A DNA stretch of 60,298 bases, the filler included, from Basidiobolus ranarum (Eukaryota), in NCBI GenBank assembly GCA_040143965.1. It is 14 parts of 14 records of this genome, joined end to end, with 100 filler letters (N's around TTAATTAATTAA, not from the genome) between each part and the next. Parts side by side here need not be neighbours in the genome. Positions count along the whole stretch, not along the records: positions 1 to 4,232 come from JASJQH010008935.1; positions 4,333 to 8,561 come from JASJQH010008936.1; positions 8,662 to 12,887 come from JASJQH010008937.1; positions 12,988 to 17,212 come from JASJQH010008938.1; 10 more parts are not named here. One strand, 5' to 3'. How positions within the stretch are numbered: the stretch's first letter is position 1; each line of letters begins with the position of its first letter. Position numbers and translations under genes: made by a program. Shown here piece after piece: positions 1-14,826 of the stretch. A model generated the notes under the pieces. That model saw only the letters and a program-made list of their open reading frames with translations. It did not search any database and was not told where the DNA came from.

Positions 1-749
1 AACATTCTCCTGGCTTCATCTTTAAGTTAAAGAATTGTCTTCTTAGAAACATCCTGTTGGCAGCAGAACATGTTTGATAGGTATCTTCCAAGGCTTTCCA
101 TACCTTCTTGGCTGTTTTAGCTCTTGAACATTCAATCAGAAATATCTCTTTAACATTATGATAAATTATGCTGAAAGCACTTTGTTCTTTTTTAACCTGA
201 AGTAAAACTTTAGTTTCAGATAGTTCTGCATTGTTTTCTTCTCCTACAACAGTGTCCTAAAGTCCTTTTTCTTGCAACAGTATTTTCATTTTAATTTTCC
301 AAACTTGATAATTGGTTCCATCCAGTTTTTCAGAAGAGGGAAAAGTTCCATAAATTTGAGAAGCAGACATTACAGAGAGTGCAATCTCAGGGCTCATAGC
401 CTGTTAAAGTATTTGGGAGCCTGTTGGAAGTGGTTTGGAGAATTTGAGAAATTGGTGGTTTTCACTTATTGCTTTATTCAGTAGAAAGTTGACATTTATA
501 TGCTTTGTCAAGATGTAAGCAAACTAACAGGTAGAATGTGTTAAAAAAGTCCTAGGAAAATGTGTGCAATGTTTGGGGCTTCTAGCACAAGTTTGAAAAA
601 TCTATATATCTCAGAACTTCTAGGTTGGTAGAAATATTCCAAGTAAATTCCAATTGAGAATAATGGGTAATATCCTAGTGAAATATGAGATAACTAAGTA
701 CTAAGCCATATATGACTATATAGGTGTTTAGACAAAGCTAATTTCAACA
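1..749 (-). mobile_element. Ty1/Copia LTR retrotransposon 5' fragment: 5' LTR (402-749), PBS (388-401), degenerate gag (1-387)
   Basis: Minus strand LTR TGTTGAAAT...CTTTAACA (348 bp), then GGCTATGAGCCCTG, then gag-like KLDGTNYQVWKIKMKILLQEKGL with stops; near-identical copies elsewhere in the window. Confidence 0.9.
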
Positions 750-1972
750 TCAGAAACTGTAAAATTCTTACATTTCCAACAAGCCTGATGATGCTCCATC
801 ATCACTAATCACTATCTGTCACAATCCTCTATGATGAATTTAGGTATGAATACCATAGGTACACCAGAGGAAATGCATGTTGAGGGATAGAAACACCATG
901 ACACAAATAGTTAAATACCATGAGAGCATCATTAAAAAGAATGGGGAAATGGTTGAAATTCCAGATCTGAGGTTTTTTTTCAGGGTAATAGAGAGCATCA
1001 GAAAGAGTAACTAGTAAAACACTATTTAAAAGATGTGGGCTCAAAATTGATCAGACAATAGTGCTAAATTCAAATAGATATATAAATCGCAAAGAATCAC
1101 TTGCATAATGTCCACGACTAATATTTTAGCTGATTAATTCACTCGTTGAATAAGAATTTGAGTTATGAAGTAAAAGCAGAGATATTGCCACATGAACACT
1201 ACTTACAAAAAAGTGAATCAGTCATGAACAATAGTGTATGTTCCTAACTTGCCAAGAGGGTCTGTACAGGTGCAATACGTAGTACTGTTTTTTGTTTATA
1301 TTCAATGATTTTATATAAAATACTAAATGCTTTTTGATGAGCGGAAGTACAGTTTTATTTCTATAGTTTGTTGAGAAGTAAAATTCTCAGGTATGTGTGA
1401 TAGATGTTCACATAAAAATGAACTGAAGCAATAGGCCTACATTTGGGGAAATAAATAAATATAACCGGTAACGAAATGCAAACATTTAGTGAGTTTTAAA
1501 AGAAGTTTAAATTATTGTCTTCTCAAACTATTTCAAAGCTTCATCTAGAATATATATGATCAGCTGATTAATATTAGCCAAGAACAAGTTTCATTTCTTT
1601 TCCAATACAATATGCACTGCCATACTATCTGATGAGTCAATCTAGTTCGAAATGTCCAATGCCATCGCAGTAATAAACATCAGGTAAACGCCAATTGCCA
1701 ATAATCGGGCCTAATTCTGTTAGTCTCTGATGGAATGAGCAGTCAGGATTCCACGGAAGCGCAGCACGAAAGTGTTCATTCGATAATTTGTTTATTATTA
1801 GTAATTGACGGGATTGGAGTAGGTCATGAAGTAACATTATTGAGAATTGAACCACAGAGCTTCAAATAGAAAAGTGGAGGGGGCCATTATTTACATGGTG
1901 TGGTGAAAATTAAGTACAAGAATTGGAATTTCGAAATTACTGCTTAGGTGCGGTGCATACAAATGCAACATC

Positions 1973-3703
1973 TCATATATATATAAATTCCTGTTTAATC
2001 TTTGCAAGGATCTTTTTCGTTAGTCCACTGCTGACATGAGGCTCTTGAAGAATAAACAAGTTCTCCAGACGACGGCATCTCATCATGATTCGTTCGATTC
2101 TCTCATCACTAAGTCCCTGTTGGTTGATCAGTTTCAGCACACTCAATTGCCAACAAAAGCTTGCGATGAATTCTAGATGACTATTGGTGATCCAACAATC
2201 ATTGAAATTAAGGTAAGTCAGCTTGACACCGCAACGATGTATGAACTCGCGGAACCCACATTCACTCACTGATGGTCTGGTGAGTCGGTCGCCAATATCG
2301 AGATATTCCAAATGATGACAGTTCCGAAGCACGTGACTCAACCCCGCGGTGGAAAGACCCGTGTTTCTCAGTTCCAGATGTTCCAATCTATCCCCCAACG
2401 CTTCAGTGATATCAAGGATAGACTCTTCCGAAATGGTGGTGTATCGAAAACACAGGACTTTCAATTGGACGCATAGAGTTCCAATCACCTGGCCGATGTT
2501 TGAAGGTAACTCTAGATATTCGATGGCTAGACTCTCTAAGCTGTGACCACAACGACGGAAGAGTATCTCCCATACTTCGGTATTGAATACCCCTTGGATG
2601 TCACGACAGTAGATCTTGGATAATTTGAACGACTTGAGGTTCTCGGAAATATTGTTGGCAAAATATCTCATAGTCCCATGGTTGAATGTGATACCACAGA
2701 GTTGAAGGTCGTTCACATGAGATAACGCATCACAAAAGCGATGCATCACTCCGCTAGGTATATCTAGTGCTCCAATGTATTGGGTGTAGTTCACCAGATT
2801 TAGCCAAAACTCCCTCAGCTTGTGTCCGAATTGGTTGGTTGCCACATATTCGAAAATTTTGTGAGCAGTAATGTCGGCGGGCATGAAGGCTGATATTAGA
2901 TGCAACGCCTCTAGATTGTGGCAATTCTGGCTTATTACCTTGACGATATCCGCCGAGATGAAGAAAGAGTACAACTTGAATCGCCTTAAATTGGGCATGA
3001 AGGTAATGAGGCTTCGGAAAAAGTCCACACTTGCAGTCTGTGGATAGTATTGAAGATCCAGCGATGTAAGAGACTTTATGTCGGGGAAATCGCTCGGTAT
3101 GGCACTCAACGTCATGTGTAAATCGCCGTTGATCAACAGACCTAAATCCTCCAGCTGTGGACAGTTGTTCAGAGTAGTTATAAGTGGTGCCCACCCTTGG
3201 GCTCCTGGTGATATCTCTAGAAATCGGATTCCTTTCAAGTTGGTAAAGCTGGGAGCTCGGTCTTTAGAACTCCCCAACAAAATATTTACATAGTGTGTGG
3301 CATCAAAATAAACATGCTTCAAAGCTGGAAGGTATGCAACAAGCTCTGTGAGGGGATATACCTCGTGCCTCTTGTACCTGTCCGTGTACAATTCGGTTAC
3401 CAATTTGGCAACTAATTAAAAGAAGTATTGGTTAGACAAGATCATTTAGCTCATTACATGTCCTTATATACCTTGAGGATTCTCAATGATGGTTTTCTGG
3501 AAGGCTTTTAGGGACTTCGTAGAGGAAAAGGTTGGATTTTGCCACAGAAGAGGCATAGCCAGTGCGGACCATTGTTTGTTAACTAGGCAGCAGCCCCACA
3601 AATCGTATTTGCTGTAACGTAGATACTCGAATATACATGCCAGCATCTCAGGGATGGACGTAAGTTGTGGTGAGCACCGATCATCATGTGTAACCACACT
3701 CAT
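1973..3703 (-). CDS. F-box / RNI-like leucine-rich repeat protein, about 556 aa, exons 3703-3472 and 3411-1973
   Basis: F-box motif IPEMLACIFEYL...LWGCCLVNKQWSALAMPLLW, then LxxLxL repeats; GT-AG intron 3471-3412 joins the two ORFs in frame. Confidence 0.88.
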
Positions 3704-3884
3704 TAGTATTAACAAAGAATATTTAGGGAGAGACGAGTGAAGCTTGAGGAATTAGGAAGTAAGGAAGGGAATCTAGATAAGAGGGGCATCACAAAGTTCA
3801 CCGGCGAAAGTATTTGGATATTTAAGCCTCTGTGCCTGAGCTTAAAATATACCACCAAGGGAGACTCAATAGATTAAAATAGAT

Positions 3885-4232
3885 ACACCAAGTTTACCAT
3901 CTGAGAATTTCAATGCCATTCAAAAAGCATTCAAAATCTAAGTCAAAATTGGCTTCCAAGCCAAAGCCTGCTGGCATGAAAGGAAAAAAGCCAGCAAGAG
4001 CCAAGGACTTAATTGATGATCAGTCTAGCAATCCACTATCCCCTTTGGGAAGCACTACTATGCTGGAAACTAGCTCAAGTAATGATGAAGCATTAATCAA
4101 TTTACCAGATATATTCTTCTCCAGCAATAGTGCAAGTGAAGAGATTGTAATCCCCCAATTACATAGTAAGTCAATAGTTGAGCAAAGTTCAACCAAAATG
4201 CCATCAAGACCATTAGCTTCCAAAATGGCTAC
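3885..4232 (+). mobile_element. 5' part of accessory ORF (MPFKKHSK...) of the CACTA-like element, cut by contig end
   Basis: Homologous copies at about 52750 (+) and 54701-54904 (-); in contig 13 it lies upstream of transposase remnants. Confidence 0.65.
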
Positions 4233-4332
4233 NNNNNNNNNNNNNNNNNNNNNNNNNNNNNNNNNNNNNNNNNNNNTTAATTAATTAANNNNNNNNNNNN
4301 NNNNNNNNNNNNNNNNNNNNNNNNNNNNNNNN
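4233..4332. other. Artificial contig linker N44-TTAATTAATTAA-N44 (first of 13)
   Basis: Identical 100-bp spacers with stops in six frames start at 4233, 8562, 12888, 17213, 21535, 25854, 30169, 34484, 38793, 43101, 47406, 51704, 56002. Confidence 0.99.
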
Positions 4333-5676
<1,344 letters not shown>

Positions 5677-5879
5677 TTTCTAAGAGATAGGAGGGGTTAT
5701 ATTGATAGCTTTAGTAGAATACCACCAGCTAACGTATGTACTCATATCCTTGAGAATTACGGCACCCGGGGTACGCATAAAAAAAGATCACGCAATCAAT
5801 GAGGCCAATGCAGTTACGACAATCATTACGTGAATGCTTAATAAGAAGATATTGGATAAAAAAGGAATCAACATCTGTT

Positions 5880-6021
5880 TGTTTAACCAAATAGATGAAT
5901 CCCTGTTTAACCAAATGGGAATGTTTAATCACATCAATACTTGTTTAATTCTTGTAGGCAATTTGCTTATCTAATTCAAAAGATGCTCGTTTAATCAAAT
6001 AGTATGCTTGTTTAATCAAAT
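5880..6021. repeat. Degenerate array of TGTTTAAYCAAAT-like motifs
   Basis: Copies at 5880, 5904, 5922, 5942, 5988, 6009. Confidence 0.6.
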
Positions 6022-6056
6022 GGATTTATTTATCTAATGGACAGCGGAAGGAATAT

Positions 6057-6951
6057 TTAGAAGGGTTTGGCACATTTTCTAAGTTCAATGGTCTTTGTCT
6101 TGGGACACTGCATCTCTTGCCACGAGATAGGAATCATAGTAGCTCCTGTAAGGAAATAGATGGTTACGTGAGTTACATGAAATGGTTCTCAGCCATAAGT
6201 GCTAACTCCTTACCTGACACACTTTGAGCAAAAATCACACCAAATTCATTCTGCGCAGTGGAGAGATAATACGAGCGTGCGTCACCAAGGGATATCTAAG
6301 ATATGAAGTCAAGAATATATAATGGGTATTTTGGGAAGGTGGAAGGAAATCAAATCATTCAATAGGATACAACTTGTGCTCTAACAATATCTCCAGGTCT
6401 AAAGGAGTTATATATCTTGACTTTGTCTTTCTCAGTAGATCTAACATCTTGAGCTCTAGTTCAAACCGTTAAATATGTATATTCTCTGAGTGTTCTTTAG
6501 AAATCAATGATGGTACCTAATGATTCCTTGGAAGTTCTCCTTACATGTCTTAGAACCAACCACCATAATCGAAACAGTGGCGAAACGTGGATTAACACGA
6601 ATGACCTTTGCCGTCACCTATTTAAATGATTTCGTAAGTATCGAAGGGGATGAAAGGGCCTTTACTTCTACTTCATACTATGCTATCAACTTCAGGTATG
6701 GCGGATTGTTCTTTTTCCCGTGAAACAGTGATCAAAGGCTATGTAGTATATATAAATAGAAACGTTGGTTTATGAACAAGTTAACAAGATATATCCTTGT
6801 TACTAACCTTCCCGTCCTCTGTTTCACTGATTCTTTTGAAACCTACCACGGAAGAATAAATGAGATCTTCCTTACAGTAAGTTCCAGTTCCTACCCCAAA
6901 ATCTTGTACGTGACCTAAACGTTGTCCAGGAGAAACAATTTCGTTGGACAT
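6057..6951 (-). CDS. CSL4: Exosome complex component Csl4, multi-exon
   Basis: Spliced translation [13 protein letters not shown]...[55 protein letters not shown]-terminal CPKT...ELRKCAKPF*. Confidence 0.92.
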
Positions 6952-7559
6952 ATTGAAATATTAACAAAGTAAACTGGAAAAAAGCGTTCCCACTCTAAAA
7001 GTGAATATTAAAGTTAACTTCTATGAAAGAAAGATAAAAAAACATTCCTTTCCCTCAAAAAAAAAGTGCGATTATTTTTGAATCTACCTTTTCATTTAGA
7101 TGCTTTAAAATAATCAATCAATTTCCTTTGGATTAGTTTACCAAATTCGTAGCAATATATCCTTAATTTAATTCACTCCAAAACTCTTGATTTGCGATAT
7201 TCATCATTCACTTTTGGTATGGAGGAGAATTGGATACATAAACACTCATATGTGATGTTGCACTAGCAAACTTGATATTACTCTATGAGATTAATCCAGA
7301 ATAAGGTCTCTTATATTTCCCTTTATTTGTAACTATCAAGATAGGCTCAACCGGCTGACAAGTGTTTAGTATGAATTGCATTTTTGATAACATAATAATT
7401 GAATTCATTTATCAAGATAAGGGCAATCGCTATGATAAAAATACTGCACTTCAACATTCCCGCTCAACTAATTATTTTTGTATCATAATGCTAAGTAATA
7501 TCAAATTTATGCTTTGACAAAGTCTTTAACCATACACATCTACAGTGGTGGGATGATTG

Positions 7560-8561
7560 ATAGTTTTCTGCAGCATAAGGCTTGCCTTCAATCATCTATG
7601 TGAGATGATCAAGCTTCTTGTGAATATTGTCAAGTTCCTTTTCAACATCAAATATCTTATAGGTTGTCAAGGACATGTTGTTAGGTCCAGGTTTTTGTTG
7701 ATTTCTAGTCTTCCCAAGCATCTTCCTTGGTGCTAAATTCTCCTGATTTCCTAAAAGTACTTTCTTTACACTAACCTAACAAAAATAAATTTGATTTGAT
7801 CTGGATCAGATCCACCCTTCTAAATTGCAAAACTGCCAGACAACTATCACAATATTGGTGGCTTGCATTCTACCAGGGATTTTGATAGCGTGACAGTGGT
7901 TTCTTGATGGTATTACAATGGTATTCATACATGTAAAAATATTGATCCACATATTTGGCATGCATTATTAATTTCCAGCAATTTCTGCCAAATATAATTT
8001 TCAAATGGCAAATTACTGGGTTTACTGCTGTAGGAATTTGAATTAATATGCATGCCTTTATTTAGTTATTTTAGGCTTTGTATTCCAGCCATAATGAGAC
8101 TCAAAAAATACAAGAATCTTGTTGTGTTTAGTCTCTACATATGCATATACTTGACTGTTCAGACATAACTCAACAACATCAATATGCTTTACCAGCAAAC
8201 TAATGGTGGAGAAATTGCTAAACATCTGAAATTTTGAATAGCACTGACACTTGACAAATAGCTGACTCTTATTACCATTCAAAATGAGAATAAGCTCTTG
8301 GATTTTGGCAAATTTTGGTAAAGAATTCAGCCAATATATCTGTGACTTGCAGTCAAAAAATGTCCTGCCATAAGTAGATGTGTCATTGCTTGAATAGATT
8401 ACCCCATGGCTAAAACAATAATACTGCATATCTCCATCTAACTTACCAAGAAGTCTGTCTTGCAGCTTTCCTAGAAATACCTTCAGATTATGACACAAAC
8501 AAATTAGTCCAAATTATAGAGGTACTTACTCTGTGTCCATGGATTGGGCTTTGTTGCTGTT
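7560..8561 (-). mobile_element. Degenerate CACTA/EnSpm-like transposon, transposase 3' region
   Basis: From about 7780 colinear with 40770-41550, which is continuous with the transposase motifs there; CpG-poor; left boundary approximate. Confidence 0.7.
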
Positions 8562-11500
8562 NNNNNNNNNNNNNNNNNNNNNNNNNNNNNNNNNNNNNNN
8601 NNNNNTTAATTAATTAANNNNNNNNNNNNNNNNNNNNNNNNNNNNNNNNNNNNNNNNNNNNGACTTCCGTGACTGACTAGTCGAGTGACGTGGCTCTCAT
8701 AAGCTCAATCTGATGGTGAAGAGGAAAATCTAGAGCTATGCAATTTATGCGTGTCAGCAAGACCCTGGCGAGGCGAAATGAATACCAGGAATTGATGGGC
8801 ATTCGACGTACCCCAATACCTGCCTTTCTGTCTCCATTATCTACATTAATCCAAGCGCACGAAGGATCACCAAGTGTGCGTTAATGAAGGCAACTGGTAT
8901 GTGTGGTATACCGACCCAACGTACATCTACTGCTGTAGTGGAGTGGTCTGTCTTTTGATTAAGGAGAAATGATATATCCATATATAAGCATCGTTTGGAT
9001 TGCCATTAGTCGAGTAAGATTCCCGTAAGCAGGGAATTTCAATGTCTATGCAGCTAATGGGGTGCATGTGGAGATATTCTAAGTCGACCATCATAGACAC
9101 GTATGGATGTGTTCTAGTCGGCCATCTAATCTGCTCTATTGGAAGACTGCCTCCTATCTCATTCGTGGATCCCCCGAAGAAACATCCATAGCGCCTGAGG
9201 GGATTGTCAGATATGGCATTGGGTGTGCCTGTTGGCTATTCGCCTGGAAGTTACATTGTCCTGAGAAGAGAAGAGTCACATGGATATGTTTCATGTCTAA
9301 CACGGCTAGTACCAGATCGGAAACACACAAACCATGATTTAGGAATCCGAGGTAAATGGACAAGCAGCATGCACGAGCTGAGATGAGTGGTACGTGGGGT
9401 GCTCCAACAATACTGTGCAAGTATGATGTAGCAAGACCCTCGATGGGCCCATTGCCTAAAGCCTCCGGAAGTATGCAATATCGAGGGTGCATAAGTGCCA
9501 GTAATTCCAAGCTCTCGAGCAACAGGCGAGGATAGGTGCTAGCATTCAAGCATTAATAACCTCTAAAGTCAAATGAATATAGACCTTATTTCCATGCAGT
9601 GTGGCATAAATATACAACGGGACCACAACCTAATAGTCACCATAGAGTCCCAATTAACTTAAGGCAGTCCACCTTCGATAGGATGAGCCCGCTGCAATAA
9701 TCTCGGATTCCTGTATCTGCCCCAATGCTGTGAAACAACCAAGCGATTTCTCCAAGGAGCTTATCTGAAGATTTACTGATCTCGGAAAATAAGTGGATAT
9801 TTTCGATGAAGTATGGTACTGAGCATGAGACTAATGAAAAGCACTTCATAACTTGGATCCATAATGCTTAATCCTTGGATTGTGTAGCCTTGTCTTGCAA
9901 CGCCCATAATGAGAAGTACGTAACGAATTGCCTCTGGAAACAGGAGCAGATTCGGTAGCCAGCAATCATTCTCTAGCTTTACGTTTTCCACCTACACATA
10001 CACGAACCATTGATTAGTCTACGGTATGGGTCGCTAGACGGACACTTCGAATCTCGCCTTACCTTGTGTGTGCCAAGGATTTATCCATCTATATACACTT
10101 TCAAGCAATACTAGTTTGAATTCCAGAAAAAGGAAGATCGATCTAGTTTACTACAATCCGGAGCCTAACAGGTTTACAGCCAACAAACCTCTGAAAACCC
10201 CTCAGCAATACTCTCTGTTGTTTGATTACTCCTGTATATGGCTTCAGCCTCTCAGTTGACTTGATCCTTGGCACGATCCCAGCGGACACGAAGATAGCGA
10301 AGAAGCCTCTACAGATGGTTAGGGATCGTGAGGATCCGTATAGTAAGGGACTAACTGTGGATTACCTCTTGCACTGCTTGAACATCGGCATTTGCTACTG
10401 TTCTGTATAGCTTGCCCCCATCCTTGAAAGTATCAGCTGAATATCTGAGTCCAATGTTACCTCTTTGAAAAACAAGATTATAACTGGATTGGAGCTTTGG
10501 TGACTAATATCCGAGAATGGCAACAAATCAATAATAATTTACCTACAACGCCCCTTTTTAATATCCCGTTCCAAATCGGGAATTGATTCTATCAGATTGC
10601 TGAATCGAGAGTCCCAGCTAATTACCATGTGCGAATATCCCACCAACTATGGAGCCTGCTTAGGCCCATATCTGGCATGTCCTCCTCTTTTCATTTTCCC
10701 ATTAACCGCCAGTGTATCCTCAAACATGCTTATTTAGGGCGTAACAAGATGTTTGGGGTCACAAATCACTCTCACATGGGATCCGAATACCACCAATGTT
10801 TCAGTGGATCTTGTACAAAACATGTTTGCACATGTACAAGACGTGAGTGTTATGATCTAAAGGATGCAGAGAGCAGTTTTATTCCATATCGGGGTTCCAT
10901 TGTAGCCTTTATCCGCTTGAAATTCATTTCAGTTGGTATGGAATTTACCAGCGCTACTTGCACGTCAGCCGATGCTGACAAATACTCCTGGAACTGTGTA
11001 GCAAGTATCGCGCGTATAGATGATGCTTCATTCAGTAACTTTGTAAATCGTATGCCTCAAACATCAGTGTCTGTTGGCGGTTTTTGTTGTGTAAACAAGC
11101 ATTTCATTAGGAAACAGTGAGATACAAAGGGATGCTTAGCCGTGGCATGAAGGTATTCCTAAAAGTCTTGTCTGGCCATTGGTGTCGGGAACTATGAAGA
11201 GTCAGCTATCTCACCCCATAATACAAATCCCTCATAGAGCTAGCTATTCCCCCCGTACCTCATATCTCTAACCCTCCATGTTAGATAAACAAGAATGACC
11301 TCTTCATGTTGCCCTGTGAGCAGGTAATCTATATATAGTTTGATATGGGCTCGAGAATGATTGGGCAGCAACTTGATAGCTGAAACTGCACCTATGTATT
11401 GACTGTAGGTATAGACATTGTCTCAAACATTCTGTAGCACTCTATAGTTATGGAGAGATATTCTACTAAGCACTCAGTGGCCAGGAAGAGTGGAAGAGAC

Positions 11501-12987
11501 ATGTAATTCTGAATACACCAGACACATGCAGGTCAAGAACCTATGTGGTTGTGAATTGATTGGACTAGAGAGTCAATCACCCTACTGCTGGCTAGTGATG
11601 ACATAATAAATACCTTTCTTCCACCTGTATATTCATGTATATACATGAAGAGTAGAATGGGGGTATTCGCGCTTTGAGCCCCGATAATTTGTGTAATCCC
11701 ACTTGAAAGGTTCTTGAAAAAAAGCATGAAGTGAAGAGACCTCGTTATACCGTTGGACATATGATGATTCTTTAGTCAAGCAGAGTTAATGCAATCGTGC
11801 ATATAATTCGATCAACAAATAAGATGATCCATTTCTGATCTGATTTCTTGATGGAGAGTAGCCATCTCAATTAGCTGAACTTCATTTACTGGTCTATGCT
11901 GATGTATGAAATAGGCTTCTATCAGTTGAAAGGCCATCATCGATTGCTTCTATGAATTAAAGTTAATATGGAATGGCCAGCTTGGAGCGTGCTCTCTATA
12001 TCTACCTCATTGTTGCCTGGCATTTGATATGAAAAATATTCATCCCCTGAGGATATGCATCATCTCGTAGGAGTAAACTGAGCAGGTTTTGGGTAGCAGA
12101 ATAAGCAGCACATAGATATGTGAGTAGAGTAGCTCCAGTAGCCAGTCAAGCGCACTGTGAGAATTGTACCCGTTTATGCTGGCGATTTCAAAAGCTTTAA
12201 AATCGCCCTAGCAGATGGATGACTTTCTCTTCCGCATAGACGCAAGCTAATATCATCATATTGTGGAGAGACAGAGTACAGTCGTTGATGATACAACTGA
12301 AATAAAATCTATCAAGCATTCATTATCAGACAGAGCCGAGCATCAAGACGGCAAGGAATAGTTCAAATTAAAATCAAACTCATTCCTGCTATTAGAGAAA
12401 TTTTACACATGAACCACATATTACGTGAAGATTAGGTTAGCCAAGGGTAGCATCATTGCCGTATATATCAATTATGTTGTGATGGCGGAATGACTACCCG
12501 ATTCAATAATCCCATATACTCTATTCTTCACACCCCTGGAATATATCCCAAAAGTAGTAAATAAGAACTTTAAGCTTTGTCCTAATCATTGTGGGAAAAA
12601 CATATTTTACTCTCCGTATTTTGGAGCACGGTGGTTGCATTCTAATTCATGGCAGTCAATTTCCTGATGATGAGCAAATCTTTGTCACGTTGAATATTCT
12701 TCCATTTATTGAATACTTCTTCACAAACATGCCACTCTCATTAGAAACTTGATCTTTGCTGCGCAAGCATGGTAAATTGCATATCCTTTATATTTTTCTT
12801 TTACTCAACTGGTTTGACAATGGCCAGAATGGCAGGTTCCATATAGATTCTCCATTATTCATACTAAAGTCTAGTAGGGTTCTTCTANNNNNNNNNNNNN
12901 NNNNNNNNNNNNNNNNNNNNNNNNNNNNNNNTTAATTAATTAANNNNNNNNNNNNNNNNNNNNNNNNNNNNNNNNNNNNNNNNNNNN

Positions 12988-14138
12988 AAGATCAGAATCA
13001 TGACAACATGTTTGGTAGATGTCTTCCAAGGCTTTCCATCCCTTCTTGGCAGTTTTAGCACTTAAACATTGAATTAGCTATTTGTCTTTAACATTAAGAC
13101 AAACTGTGTTAAAGACACCTTGTTCTTTTTTAACCAGAAGTGAACCTTTGGTTTCAGATCTTCTCCTTCACATGTGTCCCAAAGTCCTTTCTCTTGCAGC
13201 CGGATTTTCAATTTAATTTTCCAAACTTCATAATTGGTTCCATCCAATTTTCCAGAAGAGGGAAAAGTTCCAGAAGTTTGTGAAGTTGATAATACAGAGA
13301 GTGCAAGCATGGGGCTTATAGCCTGTTAAAGTAATTGGGAGGCTGTTGGAAGTGGTGTGGGGAATTAGAGAAATTAGTGATTCTCACTCAGTGATTTATT
13401 GACATAAAAGTTGACATTTATAGTTTTATCAAGATGTAAACAAACCAACATGTAGAATGTGTTTGGGAAGAGCCCAGGAACATGTGCACCAAGTTAGTTT
13501 GTTTACAACTTGACAAATCTACAGACATATTGTGTCAAGTGCACTTTCTTCATTCTTAGCCAAGAGTAAAACTTGAGTTTCAGATAGTTTTGCATTGTTT
13601 TCTTCTCCTAAAACAGTGTGCCAAAGTTCTTTTTCTTGCAGCAGCATTGTCTTTTAATTTTCCAAACTTGATAATTGGTTCCATGCTACTTTTCAGAAGA
13701 AAGAAAAGTTATAGAAATTTGAGAAGTAAGCATTACAGAGTGTGTAAGCTTGGAGATTGTAACCAGTTCAAGTGTTTTAAGAGCCTGTTGGAAGTGGTTT
13801 GGAGAATTAGAGAAATTGATGCTTTCATGAATTAGAGAAATTAGTGGTTCTCACTCAGTGATTCATTGACTTGAAACTTGACATTCATAGTTTGAACCAG
13901 ATATAAGCAAACTGACATGTAGAATGTGCTAAGAAAGATCCCAGGAGCATGTGTGAAAAGTTTAGAGCTTCTAGCACAAGTTCTCAAAATCTATATATCT
14001 GAGAACTTCCAAGTTGGTGTCAGTATTCCAGATATATTCCAATATTGAATAATGAGTAATGTCTTAGTTCAATATAGGAAAACTAAATACTGAGCTATTT
14101 ATAACCATATAGGTGTTTAGACAATACCAATTTCAACA
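12988..14138 (-). mobile_element. Two adjacent Ty1/Copia 5' fragments (gag + partial LTR 13324-13495; gag + LTR about 13765-14138)
   Basis: Gag KLDGTNYEVWKIKLKIRLQEKGLW; LTR homologous to 402-749, ending TTTCAACA at 14138 on +. Confidence 0.85.
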
Positions 14139-14826
14139 TTAACAATGTCTTTGACTCCACTGATTTATCTTTTCTACCTTGTAACATTCATACCAATACT
14201 CAAGCTCTTCACATTTTAATTAAGAAACTACAAAAGTAGTTATGGCTTCTTTGTTTTATTTGAAATAAAGATTTCACCTGTTGATGACTGTCTCCCCCCC
14301 TAAGTATCTCACTTGTCCATGCTAATTCCATTCCTTGCAACTTCTTCTACAAAGCCTGACTATTTTCATTTTTAAATCAATTTAAATATCATGTAGTCAA
14401 ATATTATTTGTTTCTTTAATTAATTATTGATTCTGAATATTAAATGGAGATGGCAGCTCTTGGCGCCTTTCCACCGCAACAATTTGCCTTATGTTGCTAA
14501 TTTGTCAAGTGCAATATTGAAGCTGCTTGAACAATGAGGAACAGGTGATGCATGCTTTTGAAATCCAATTAAGGAAATAGTAAGTTCCAATATACCATGA
14601 AATCCAAATTTTGTAACTCTACAAGCAAATGAGCTAAAAGTATCTTACGTACAAGTGCACAGTTTACAAGAGTGGTAAAATTATGTGAAACCATAGTTAG
14701 ACAGTTTGAAAGACACACTGATAGAGAGAAGGTTAAGCATGAATTTAAATATATAAATAAGGTTCCTATCCTGATTCAATATAAACTTCAATCTGTCTCA
14801 ATTTCAGATAGCCAACAGCCTTACAA

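Noticed and set aside
272..484. Recurrent ORF family (FNFPNLIIGS...LGACWKWF at 272, 13590, 32075, 39406) as a novel small protein
   Set aside because: It is the antisense frame of the Copia LTR-PBS-gag junction; similarity follows from the DNA repeat
4277..4288. TTAATTAATTAA recurring every ~4.3 kb as a biological repeat or CRISPR-like array
   Set aside because: Always centred in 88 Ns; a synthetic six-frame stop linker
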